Assembly: GCF_000150275.1 (NCBI RefSeq)
Contig: NW_002060972.1
Span: 438,500 to 502,499, forward strand
Direction of reading: 5' to 3'
DNA from: Trichoplax adhaerens
Lineage: Eukaryota > Animalia > Placozoa
Length of the DNA: 64,000 nt
The position numbers and the translations under genes are program-made. Positions 14,171 to 27,000 of this stretch are shown here, in pieces. Numbering within the stretch: the stretch's first letter is position 1; every line of letters begins with the position of its first letter. A model generated the notes under the pieces. That model had not been told where the DNA came from. It saw only the letters and a list, made by a program, of their open reading frames with translations, and made no database searches.

Positions 14171-15538
14171 TGAAGTATTTTTGTTTAGCTTATTAGTATG
14201 GAAATTGTTACCATTTATGAGCGTACAGCACTAAAACGACGTAATTTACATCATTCTGAGCATAAATTACTCATGAATGCTGTATATAACGATATATGAA
14301 ATTGCATCAAGGCACTTGAGCGACTAGACTGTAAATATGCAACAATAGAACAATATCAGTGCAGTAATCTATGGAACTTGTGATATAATCTTAATATTCA
14401 AAGATTTATCCTAACTGTACGCATGTATAGTGCAATATTCAGTTTTATAAGAGTAAAAAATTAATCATCTATGGCATTTGCATTTATAAGTATCTCGTAG
14501 AAAAAAAAATATGATAAGGTAAGCGCAAGGAATATCACACGCAACAAAACTTTAAACTCTAATAATACAGTCAGAAGAAATAGCTTCGGGATAGTTTTCT
14601 ATATTTTTGATAACAATTACAATCAGAATTCAGCGCGGATAAAGAGATATGAACTTAATTTTATTGATAATTATAATTAATTGAGTAAACGATGCTATAA
14701 TCCATAATAGTATTTAATTTCAAGATTGTGGGATTGGATTTGGAACTTAAATCTGTTATGATTCTGTTTCTTGTTTCGTTGAAGTGTGGACGTTGTACCC
14801 CCAAATTAATAACAAATATTCTCGCTACTTAAAAATTTTACTTCATTTTATTTAACGAATTTCTTAATTTTGAGATATCTATCAGCCTACTGTTGCAAAC
14901 TAAGTCTTTTCTTAAACACCTTACCAAATTTAGATTATCTCATATGTATGCAAGGCTGATATATTTGGACTATGGATCAAAAACAGCATTATACTCTTAC
15001 TTATCTTGCATAAAAAGGCATTTTAGCTTCGTGACAAATTGCGATAGATAAGGTGTAATTTATATCGAATGCATAACATGTTACCATATCGTGATCGCTA
15101 CAAAATCAGTATAATGGGATTTTTTGCGTTACGTAACTATTAACTTATATGTGAATAGAATGAAAAACGGACACAATCTGCATGAACTGTTAAATTTCCA
15201 GCGGAAATTTAATGTTAGATCATATTCAAATTGTAGATAGGCTTAAAGAGTAATTGATAAAAAGTACTCTAAAATTGATATAGATTGAATTTTGAATTAA
15301 AAATGAAACTCATTAAACGATATAATGCCTGGAAATTGCAATATATTGTTTCAGTTCACCGGCAATTATTGGCTAAGTAGTTTGAAAAATGAGTAAAACT
15401 TTTAACTGCAGAGTAAAGCAAATCTGACGTAGTGATATGGCAAGTTGCAATTAGAAACAAAGACGACTGATTCGGAATAAGAACTAAAAAATACAAGCTA
15501 GTATAATTTTAAGTAGGAGAAAGATTAAAAAAGTTAAA

Positions 15539-15807
15539 GTAATTTATTGGCAAACTTGATAAGATAGTTAATACCGCTGTCTCCTGAAAACTACACATAC
15601 TTCTAGAACATGAAGCAAATCTCGCTTGCTGATACGAAAGAAGCTATAACTAGAGTTACAGGGGATTCATTCAAAATAAGTACAAAGAAACCCAAGCTGG
15701 TCTAAATGTTAGGGTGAAGGATGCTAAAATATAGTAATTTGTTTGCAAACATGACTAGATACTGGCATTTAGTTTGACTATCTCCTGGAAATTACTTCAT
15801 ATTTCAG
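15539..15807. repeat. Degenerate direct repeat pair (~70 bp, spacing ~195 bp)
   Basis: gtaatttattggcaaacttgataagatag...tctcctgaaaactac at 15539 versus gtaatttgtttgcaaacatgactagatac...tctcctggaaattac at 15734. Confidence 0.55.
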
Positions 15808-18800
15808 CGTTGTTTGGCAGTGAATAGTTAATTGCTCTCAAACAGTCTTCAAATTAAAAGGCGGTTTTCTCCACTATTGCAATTACGATCTTAGTTAGAA
15901 TCTCGTGTTTGAAATTTTATTATGACATTAAAATACGATTGCGCATAGGAGGTCTTCGTAAGCTTATAACTTATCAAGGACTGTGATGATCTTAATCTAT
16001 CTCTGACGTTTTTCATACTTTTAATAGATAACCGCACAGCAATATAATAGTATCTATGGACTAATAATTAATATTTCTGTAGATCAATTACAGATTACCT
16101 GATACTTTGATTAACTTTGGGTTTGGTTTTATCTAAAAAAAAATGTGATAGTGTTATAAACTGTATTAGAGTAGAAATATCTATCTTAGGATAATCCTGT
16201 TAGCCTATCCTTATTTAGTTAACTTCTAATTTGGATATACTGTATATAACATGATCCTTGACTGGTATTATTACTGTTTTACTCGTAGATGGATAGCACT
16301 ATATTTAGCATGTAGATAATCAGTTATCAGTTAAGCCATCCTGACTTATGTCCGTAGAAGCTTCCACATAATCACTGATTTTTTCAAATTATTAATTAAG
16401 TAGTCATCGTTAGTAGAATTCTACTCGTAGAAGTACGACCATACTTTCACTTTTGTACAATAATGGGCAATTAAAAAGGACACAACGCGATCAGATATGA
16501 TGCAGTCATCTGCATTTTGTGGGAAAATTTCGGTAAAAACTTTTTACATTTTTATTTTTATGAATGTAATCCCTTAAACAATTACGCCGTAATTACAGTA
16601 CAACTGAATCATTGCCTTATAGGTAGTGTTTACAAAAAAATAACTAAAGCAATATATGGACATCAAATTATATTTCAAACCATCTTTTAAAATTAGCACA
16701 TAGTGCCCTGATGACGTAAGGTAACTATGTAATGTTGCTATTCTTGCCCGTTTTCCCAATGTAAACGACGAAGGGCTTTAAGATTATAAAGTAGCAATAC
16801 TAGTAATAGTGCACTTACCTATTGAAACCTCTATTTTATCAAGTCCTATTCATTTTTTACGAATATTAATACTGATATTCTTAAATCAAGGAATCACTAC
16901 TGATATGATGATGAAATTATAATTTTATTTTAAATACGATCAATTATAAAGAATTTAATAAATTTTTAGGGTTTGATTTTACTCTTCTACGTGATACACT
17001 AGCTATAATTGTCAATTAATACTTCTTAAATGGTAAAAATGATTTCATAATCGGTCAATTTCATTTTGTTCAATTTGTTGGATAATTATACTTGAAATTG
17101 AAAATTTATAATCATTTTGAGTTAATCAAATGAAAAGAAATTAATTGAGCTAGAAATAAGGAACTATTCGTTTCGTAATTTCTGATTCCTAAGGCAATAG
17201 CTTCCATTTCTTTTGATATTGCATAGCAAATTCTTGACTTACATATGATGTTGAAGTTATGAAGAGAAAAAATTTCCGTTCTTTTGTTTCGTAAATTTAT
17301 TTATAGATTGACAGTATTGAAGCAATTTGGTAACATTACAAGATCTTAGTAATTCGCTTTTCTTTTAATTAGTTATAGCCTTAATACGAAATATCATGAA
17401 TCATATAATTTCTAAAACTTTACTGATAAACAAATCAAGTTTGTTGATTTGTTATCGTATTGAATATAAAGAGCAGGGTGTGAGAATATGGTTGCATAAC
17501 CAAATTATAATTTGATCTTGTTTGTTCCTGTATAAATCTACAGCTGTCCTTTTAGTTATTAATTACAGCGGTTCTAGCATTATCTTTATAGAAGCCAGCC
17601 TGATAAGGTCATCACCTTAGAAAACAATCTAAGTTGGCTTATGCATACTCTTTGTACTCTATAGTCGTCCATCAAATCAAAATATTCCCACTTTGACTAA
17701 GTTAAACTGTACATTGTACGTTCTGTACTTGAAGGTATTAGGGCCTTCTGGTAATGGGACTGTATAATTATAATTTGAATGCTTATAATCTGACTTTTCG
17801 CATTGAATCGCTAAGATGTTATTTGGATCATTTGAACAATATCGAAACAATTCTAGTTTTTTATGATAACAAATTTCAAGTTTGTTACTTCTTAAGAATA
17901 TATTGTAATGATGTTTTCTTCCGTAAATGAACGGCTATATTTAGCTTAGCAAAAACAAGATGCCAATTTTTCTATATTTACTGGGATTCACGTGCAGATT
18001 AAGATTATGAGAACAAATTTGTTGCCCTTTTCTTTAAAATTATTATGACCATACAGTAATTCTATTCTACTAAGGAATTAAAGCATTTATCAATTATGCA
18101 TACTATAATAAAGGTCAAATAGTAAATAAATATTTTAAGAATGGTTCCAATTGGAATCGAACAGACATCATAGAGCCAATTTTACGTACGAATAATAGTG
18201 TTCCACAAACTACATTTTATTTGCAATCATAATCGTCATTATATTTCTTTCATGGTTATTTACATTATAATGATATTCATGTACTTGAATTATATATTAC
18301 GATAGAGAATTTTTAGCTATTTGCAGCTATCCTTAATATATTCTAGGGCTGGGGAATACTAAATTTAAACTTCTTGACAGAAAAATATTTCTAATTATCG
18401 TTAGGACGCTCGTCCTCGATTACGGTAGATCAGGTCGTATATATTAATCTAACTATATACTAAATGCAACTCCGAAATGACAATATAATAAACAATCTTC
18501 TCGACAGAGAAACGCTTGAATCAGGATAGTTCTATCAAATTTAAAGCATTTCATAAGGTATATCGTCATAAAAGTTGACTATCATTGCCAAGAGTGCTTA
18601 AAAAGTGACTAATTTCTTATAGTGTCGTTAACTATTGTTATAATGTTATATAAGTACTATTTATCGATGGTTGTACGGTTAATGAATAATTATTCTGTTC
18701 TTTTTATTTATAATATATAATAAATTATCTGATAAATAGTTCTTCTATTCCATTAGAAAACAATCATCTACTCAATAGTATTTAATGAAGAAGCCAATCT

Positions 18801-19626
18801 GAAATTAGATATGCTGCCATTTTATTTCAAATTTAATATCCCTTAGCTATACCAGTAGCCACGAAGATTAATGTGGAAACACTATCATTGAAGTTTAGAT
18901 TGCTTTACCTACTGGTATTCAGTATATTTTGACCAATTCTTAATAAATAACAAATTAATAAGACAATATAGATAACTTTGTCCACCTGGTTGACAGATTC
19001 GATGTATTCTAGTATTCAAGTACATAATACTATGTGTAGCATCGTGGATTACGTTACATGTCACAGTATAATGATAATATAATAAATTATTTATTTAATA
19101 TACCTTATTAGAGATCATCTTATTTCACGATCTAGCCACTTGACTCTGCGGAAATCGCTAAAGCAATAGATTATGATACTTAAATACGTTTAGTTTCAAA
19201 GACATTCAATTATGGTTGATGCAAGCTATAGCTAGTATCGCTATTTCTTTAATAATGAGATAATGCATTCAGTAGCATTATCTACATGCTCATAAATTCG
19301 TTATAACAATGTTAGACCATGAAGTGAACGATGTGATCGAATTGCAAATCCGGCAAATAAAAGTAGTAACAAATTCTGAATAAATTCAGGGAAATTTTAT
19401 TATTTAAGGTATTGTTTGGGACATTGTTGTTTTATTTCTGATTGGCCAATTAAATTATATTGACAAGTAAATCAGCTACAGTCATGAATTTACTAAAATA
19501 ATGCAATATATAGGGCAAAAATTTGATGACAAGGAGATGATTATCCTCATTCAGTAAATGCCTATTTTATAATGGATATTATTCAATAAGTCATACTAAA
19601 TCAGAAAAATTTCTACTTACCGATTC

Positions 19627-19727
19627 TACCTTCTAATTTATTAAAAGTTTTTTATTGAATGCCGATACTAGTGCTGGTACCTTCTAATTTGTCAAATTTT
19701 TGTTATGGATGCGAATACGAGTGTTGG
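19627..19727. repeat. Diverged 50/51-bp tandem duplication
   Basis: Units 19627-19677 and 19678-19727 both start taccttctaattt and end (c/g)agtg(c/t)tgg-like. Confidence 0.8.
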
Positions 19728-22426
19728 TGAAGAGTAATAAGTAATATCCTGAGTTTGATTTACCATAAACGCGATAACTATCCTTCTCTAAGATTAATCG
19801 CTGTTACTGGAACTAAAACTGAATTTCTATTAACGTGCGAGAGTGTAAATAATAATATTAGAAAAGATATGATACGGCGCCATTGTATGGATTTACTAGA
19901 AATACATAGTTGCATCCTCTATACAGAATTGACTAATAATATAATATGTTATTGATAAAGGCGGACCATAATTGTAATTTTTTTCTGTTTAGTAATGAAT
20001 CGGACAATAGAAATTGCTAAGCAGTCATTTAAATTTTATTTCGCGCTAATTGCCATCATTTATTTACTGAAGTCAGCTTCGTTGCAGTACTGAGCTTAGA
20101 TTTAATTTCATCGATCATATTATCCGACCGTCAGGATATATTGTGGTTGTAATCGTAACAAATAGCTTATGACCGTACTCGTACTATGCGTTCTAGGTTT
20201 GACATCTGATGTGGTCTTTCCTATTTTTAGCATCTTATATTATCGGTAAATTTATTTCTTATAGAATGAATCTATAAACTAACTATATAAGAGGATTATA
20301 TTTCTGTGACGATATCATTTTTAATATGGTCTGTTTACGGCTCACTATGTGCCTCTTACTGTCATAAATAATTCTTCCCATTTTGGAGAGTGGTTATATT
20401 CGGTGATGAACTCGAGTATCAATTTAATTGCCCTATCAGTAGTTGCAATATCTGCTCTAGATGTATATTGTCCATTTTCTAATTACCATCAAATTGATAT
20501 TTGTACAAATGATTCCTGTCGTCATTTTTAATTTCTAATTGGAGTATTGAACAGGATGTTATCTTTGATTAAAGTATTCTTCTATTACCGCAACGACTAG
20601 ATGGGTAGTCCACAACACTGACGTTTCGCATATAAGAATAAGAAAGATGTATAATTATTATTATCTTGCAAATTGAACTGGAATAAAAAAGTACTGCACC
20701 ATTTTTGATAAATATGCTAAAAGGAAGGATATTGAAGAAAACTTGAATCGGGTAAGAGAGAATAATACGGTGATTATTTATTAAACTATCTTATGGGCGG
20801 TTTAAATCATGTTATTCTATGATCAAGTATTATACCCTGGTTGGTATGTTTGCTTTAATCCTAAAAGCAAATAAACAAGGTCGTTATTCTCGTGATGCAT
20901 TACAGTTTTTTCAGCCGACTCTACATAAAACGTGACTAGGATCATTTATTGGAGATAATATATTCGGAAAGGTATTTGACTTGAGGGCAAACGATTTAGG
21001 CACTGAAATAGAGAAAAAATAATTGAAAACAAAAGTTGTAACTATGAAACTAATAATATTAAAGTGCAAGCGATATTATGTTGCTACGTACTGAATATCC
21101 GTCATATTACTTATTGCCTTTAGAATAACTGATTAATTTGCTTTATATTCAAGACATATTTTATATGAATAAATGACAGATAATAAGGTAACTAACAGTA
21201 GATTACATTCAATTATTGTTCAATTGTCAGTACCGCCGGATAGATAGCGTCTACGTCATCATCAACGTGATGTAGTTATCAATTAAAGTGAGGTATTTTT
21301 TTTATTCCATTGATGATATGGAACTAAACTAGAAAGAATGACATTGATTAGTAACTATCATCACGAGTAATTTCAATTAATATTTTCTTACTTCTGGTAA
21401 ATGATCAATTTTTATTATATTTTTAAAACAATTTATTTTTCTTCTGTTGAATTAATATTTAAAACTTGAAGTTTTATTAAGATTAAGCGACTTGATAAAA
21501 TTATTTTTTTGTCATGATATATTGTGTATTGTATTGATGATTAAATGAACCTAGCGATAGGGGTTATGTTGTAGTTAAATATATTAATAAATTAATTAAT
21601 TGCAAGAAAATTGAGTGTGCACGTATTATTTTTGTTGTTCCGACCTGGTGACTAATCGTATTTTTTAAATCATGTATAGAATTTTCATGAAGGCTGGTTT
21701 AAGATAAATTACCTATCTTATTGGATCAGTAATTAATTAAGCATTTGATAGTCCATCTAGTGGTCTTATGGCTAGCTATCTAATTTAAATGGTAAGAAAA
21801 ATAAGAGCTGCGATTGAATTGACATTGTCCATTTTTCTATTTTAATAGTAAGTATAGGATATTGATTTTATTGGCTGTAGTCGAGACTTAATAATATTAT
21901 ATTGTCTGCTTATGTTGATGTCAATGAATAGTTACAGTATCCTATTTCTATCTTGGTGAAGGGTATTCGCTAGCCCATTTGCATATTTCGATATTTTGGT
22001 ACACTGAATATTCATTCAATTCAATTCAATAACAATTATTGAATGCTTTGTTCATACCTGCAGGGCTGCAAAGCTGACAGTATTTAAAGACCTGTCTGCT
22101 AAATCGTATTTACATTATTGGATTGAAGAACGGTTTGGAGTATATACATGGGAGACATAGAGTATTTCTATCTCTAGCACTTTGACTGTTAATAACTTGT
22201 TGTTGATTACTAATAGGAGTCAGGCTTCGACGACTTTATTTTATTTTTTTTTTATCTTAATCGTTTGCTAAGTCTAAAATTGTGTTGTAATTGTTACTAC
22301 CAGTCCTCGCTGCGGGGCTTATTTCCTACTTGCATGCTTTTTTATTTTTACTTTGGCAGTAAAAATCTTCATTTATTTGATTAGTTAGGATACATTTTTG
22401 ATAAAGTTGTTAGATTGTGAAGTACA

Positions 22427-24007
22427 ATGACGGAATTAACTACAGCACCAATGTCTCTATTTCGTACCACTGAATTTGTAGCTACAGTCAGTAGCGATGA
22501 TAGTCTTCATTTCATTTTGAACACCAGCTATAACAACGCTACTGCCAATACAACTTCGTCTACTGTCATGTGGAATAATCCTCCATTTGTCTATTCGTTA
22601 GGATTAATTATTTTATTAGCGTGTTGTAGTGTTATTTGCTTACTTGGATGTTTTGGCAATGTTTTAGTGATTACCGTTTTTTGTCGTTGGCCACGAATGC
22701 GTACCGTGACTAATTATTATATTTTCAATTTAGCTCTAGTTGATCTCATAATTGTTTCATTTAGTATACCTAATAGTGCTATTACAGAAGTGATGCATTC
22801 GAATGATCGCTATAGCATGGGTGAAGGCATGTGTAAATTTGCCAGCACATTGCGCTATATTGTACTGAATGTCTCAACGTTGACTTTAGTTGCCATTAGT
22901 TTAGATCGTTATGTTGCAGTTGTCTATCCACTTAAAAGTCATCCATCCAAAAAGAAAACTGTGATCATATTATTATCCATTTGGCTCATATCCATTGCTG
23001 CTAATTCACCCTTATATTTTTTCTTGAAAATTTTTACCTTTGGCAATAATTCACCTTGGGCTTATTGCATTATTATGTGGTCTCCACGACTTAGTGAGGA
23101 AATTTATGTTGGTATTACCTTCGCATTATTATTTGCTTTACCTATGGCTATTATGCACTATACTAATTGTAGTATTGCTTACACAACTTGGCGTAGTGGC
23201 ACGATGACTGATTATTCAGCAACTTTACCACAACCTTCACAGCCATATCAACAGCATCATAAGAAACGACGACAAAGTTCACGCTCACGACCATCAAAAC
23301 GTCGAAAAATTTCGGTCTCAACGGATAATCATGGTAAAAGGCATGTCGTCACTTTAGTCATCTGCATCGTTTTAACCTTTACTATTTGCATGATGCCTTT
23401 ACAAGTGGTTAAAGTGCTAATCTATTATCGTATCGTTTTAGAGACAGCTAGTAATCGGCAAAGTTTACGCTTTATGATTCTCTTTTTACGATTGTTGTCT
23501 TACTCCAATTCGATGATTAATCCTCTACTTTATGTGATATTTAGTACTAAATTTCGTGATGGTTGTAAAGCACTACGTTACGGCTATCGCTTCTCTTCTT
23601 CGCGTAGTACAAGTAATGTACGCTTTACACAACAGCAGACATTATCTAAACGATGCTCATCTCATAGCCATGAATTAAAACGTCAAAAATCTTCTATGAC
23701 ATTAAATGATAAAGAGAATCCAACAGGAAAATCAAATCAGCTTGCCCAACATCGTCCGCATGTTAATCAAAGTCAATCACTCTATGCTCGAGAAATGGAA
23801 ATGCAAAAGATTGAATTACATAATAAAAGCCAAAGCTTTTGCTTACGTATTAATCCGCAAAGGCCACCATCAAGTATAAGAAAGGCAGGAATAAGTAGTA
23901 ATACAAACGTTAATCATCATCATAATATGAATGATGGTAGCATTGAAATGTTTTCAACTCAGCTCTGTTCAGAAATAGGATTTAAATCGAAGCAAGAGCA
24001 ATTCTAA
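22427..24007 (+). CDS. Class A (rhodopsin-like) GPCR, peptide-receptor type, 526 aa, single coding exon (GPCR-B), paralog of GPCR-A
   Basis: TM1 GN, TM2 NLALVDL, GEGMCK, SLDRY, TM4 W, ECL2 Cys (YCIIMW), TM5 ALP, TM6 CMMP, TM7 NPLLY, helix 8 STKFR. N-terminal sequons NTS, NAT, NTT. Long basic ICL3 and long C-tail. Confidence 0.95.
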   Translation: MTELTTAPMSLFRTTEFVATVSSDDSLHFILNTSYNNATANTTSSTVMWNNPPFVYSLGLIILLACCSVICLLGCFGNVLVITVFCRWPRMRTVTNYYIFNLALVDLIIVSFSIPNSAITEVMHSNDRYSMGEGMCKFASTLRYIVLNVSTLTLVAISLDRYVAVVYPLKSHPSKKKTVIILLSIWLISIAANSPLYFFLKIFTFGNNSPWAYCIIMWSPRLSEEIYVGITFALLFALPMAIMHYTNCSIAYTTWRSGTMTDYSATLPQPSQPYQQHHKKRRQSSRSRPSKRRKISVSTDNHGKRHVVTLVICIVLTFTICMMPLQVVKVLIYYRIVLETASNRQSLRFMILFLRLLSYSNSMINPLLYVIFSTKFRDGCKALRYGYRFSSSRSTSNVRFTQQQTLSKRCSSHSHELKRQKSSMTLNDKENPTGKSNQLAQHRPHVNQSQSLYAREMEMQKIELHNKSQSFCLRINPQRPPSSIRKAGISSNTNVNHHHNMNDGSIEMFSTQLCSEIGFKSKQEQF

Positions 24008-27000
24008 AATATCAATTAGTAAGGTAGTAAATAGAAAGACTTACATTTCCAAAAGTTATAAAACAGATACGTTACAAACAATAGCGTCTATCGACTATTG
24101 AATATTTGATTCCAAGATTTCCGATCTATACAGGACTGTCAACTAGACTAGTCATCAAATATTACTTCTCAGAATATGGCTATTGGCCGATTGGATTCTT
24201 CGATCCGATACTAGATTGGGATAAACACCTGATTGTGCCTTATGTGTAATTTAATATCTGGTTTCGTATTTTTTATGCGCTTTACTAGGTAGTTAACTGC
24301 ATGATACAAGATGCGGAGTCTCTTTGCCTGATAGGCATATATCAACTTTTTATACTGATTCACTACACTCTTAATAACACGTAATAGCATCACTATCCTT
24401 TATATATGCTACCCTCTCTTAGTTAATCCGTTTTGATAATAATGCTTGAAACTAATGAACCAAGAAAAAAATTGGACATCCTGGTCAAGACTAAATACGG
24501 CTTCAACGATTTAATCTTGCCGCCCACCTAGAATTGTAAACTTTATCGAAGACAAATGAATCAAAATGATTTCTACTTCATCGTATAAGGAAGATGAGAC
24601 AAGAATGGTGTGAAATATTACAGTTTGGAAATAGAATAATTCAATCCTGTATAGACAAATGGAAATATCAATTAATACCAGTGTTCACTTATAGCAAAGT
24701 TTCATGGTCGAAAAATCACTTCGGATAGTTACTCTTAAGGTTTAACAATTATAAAGAATTTTTATTGCAAGCTTCGATCGAGTGCAACGGCAAATAGAGT
24801 TAATTATATTTAATATGCTACTTAGCCCTATTATATGGCAAGTCTTGTCTATCCTTTCTTCCGGTAATAATAAATTTACAAGGATTGGAATAGATTGAAA
24901 ATAGTTTACATTCTTTAATAAAAAAGAAAAATTAATCATTTCATCATTAATATCAGAATAAATCCTAATTATACTGGAGGTTTGTAATTAGAAAGCTGAA
25001 AAGAAACCGTAGTGTAATAAGGCTAGAAAATTCGATTTTACGAAAAGTTTATGAATTGATATATTACGGAGAATAATTTACAAAGCGAGGCTTAAGTAGG
25101 TTATGCCAACAGCATCTCGAAAGAAGCACGTTGGAATGATGATTGATTTCCTTTCGAGGCCAGAAGAAACATTGCCAAGTTGAATAGTAAAGCAGCAAAA
25201 TCCCGAGTTACATCTTATAGCCGAATAATGCATTTGATGCCTACTTTAATCTTCCTTTTAACAAGACGTGCAAGCTTTCTTACATCTACCGGTGATCTAC
25301 ATTACATTACTCCAGCTTGTTATTGTTGCACCCTTGTAATTTTACGGTTGTTGGTATCCTCTATAGCATAAATCCATGTATTCTAACAGGTGAATAAGAG
25401 GACGAAATGGAAAAAACTCAAAGTTGATGAACTACTTAATAAATTACAGGCACTTGTCGATTTAGGCTAAATGATACTGTTGTGTTAAGTATAATTGATT
25501 CGTATAGAATTATCAGCAAAAATATTATATCTGCTGATTTTAATTTAATCTCTCATAAACATTAAGTAAGAATAGCAGGTAGTATACTCTTTCGCATTTA
25601 TTTTTAATCAAATAATGATCGTTCTGCATATTACATTATCAGATATAGATTTTAATTTTAATCTGCAAATTCGTCACTTTCCAAGCTTGATATTATATAC
25701 TTATACAAGCAATTTTCAGTATCTGATTGTCAGGCATGAAGCCTCTAAACAGCTTTGAATTTTCTTTTCTCTTCCAATTGAATTTCTTACTAGGGATCCA
25801 TGATATCAGTAATTAGCACTAGCGCATCGTTTTGCTGCTAGTACTTAATTAGCCATTAAAAATGACTTGGTTTACATATGGTAATTGACAATAAGACTTT
25901 TGTAACAATTTCTTCACTATGTTTATTTACGCAAAGTGTTTGAAAGTGCCTTAATTGAGCTCCGCCTTAGCGTTGTCTGTAGCCCATGACAGTAGCTACC
26001 CTAAAGTCTTCTCAGAGTTGTACTAGCAGGATGAGGCAGTTAAAGCAATTATAATAATACGAAATTGTGTGTTAGAGAAAGTCATTTAAATCATGGCTAA
26101 TTCGCCATATAAACAAGCTTGAATTCTTAATATCAATTGAATAAATAGTTCTCTGTCTAACTATAGTTATTCTCGAAATTGCATATGCTTAGGCTACATT
26201 GTATTTCTTTCTTTTCTTTATCTATCATATTTCTTTCCTTTAAATTTCGAACTTTTAAACCCTTCAAAGCAAGATGCATTCAAGATTTCTTACTTTGAAA
26301 TCGTACTATTGAGCTCGTACGAGAAGGTATCAGTTTTCTTTTCTTTTGCGTTTTATAGTAGGTCAAACGTGATATTTAGAAGCAATATTAGTTATAATTT
26401 ATCAAAATAATCTTCAAAAAATCGATCGAGCTTAGTTGTTGCTATTTTAGATAATAAAATTTATTTATTAGATTGATGGGTCGATGTGTTTTAGATTAAT
26501 GCAAGCTAAAAGAAGCGAATACTACAGTAAGATTAATTATTCTCACTTATGCTTGGATTATAAGCTGGAGCAACACTTTTAAAAGTCCTTTTTGAGAGAT
26601 TGATGCCATAATAGTTACAGTAACCTGCAACATTGAGTAAATATTTCCTTCTTAAATTATCCTTACTATTTATGACATCAATTACATTACTAAACCTTGT
26701 TGATAGTATTACTGCTAAAACTTAATAACTAAGCAAACGGAATTCATCATTTTCATCACCGTCATCGAATGAAAATAGTAAAAAGGCAAAGATGCATGAG
26801 AATTAAAGAAATCTAGTATACATCTTCCTGTTTAGATCAGGGCAATTCACTAGCCACTATAAAAATTATTCTAATTCATTTCTTTGACGGATATTCCCGT
26901 ACAAATGATTCGATGACGAAAGCTTAACATAAAAAATTTATATTGAACCTAAAGTGTTAAATTAAATTCTATTTTATAATTTTTGAAAAATTCATATATT

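Noticed and set aside
25810-25852. Imperfect hairpin resembling a pre-miRNA
   Set aside because: The stem is too short and interrupted, and such hairpins are expected by chance in AT-rich DNA.
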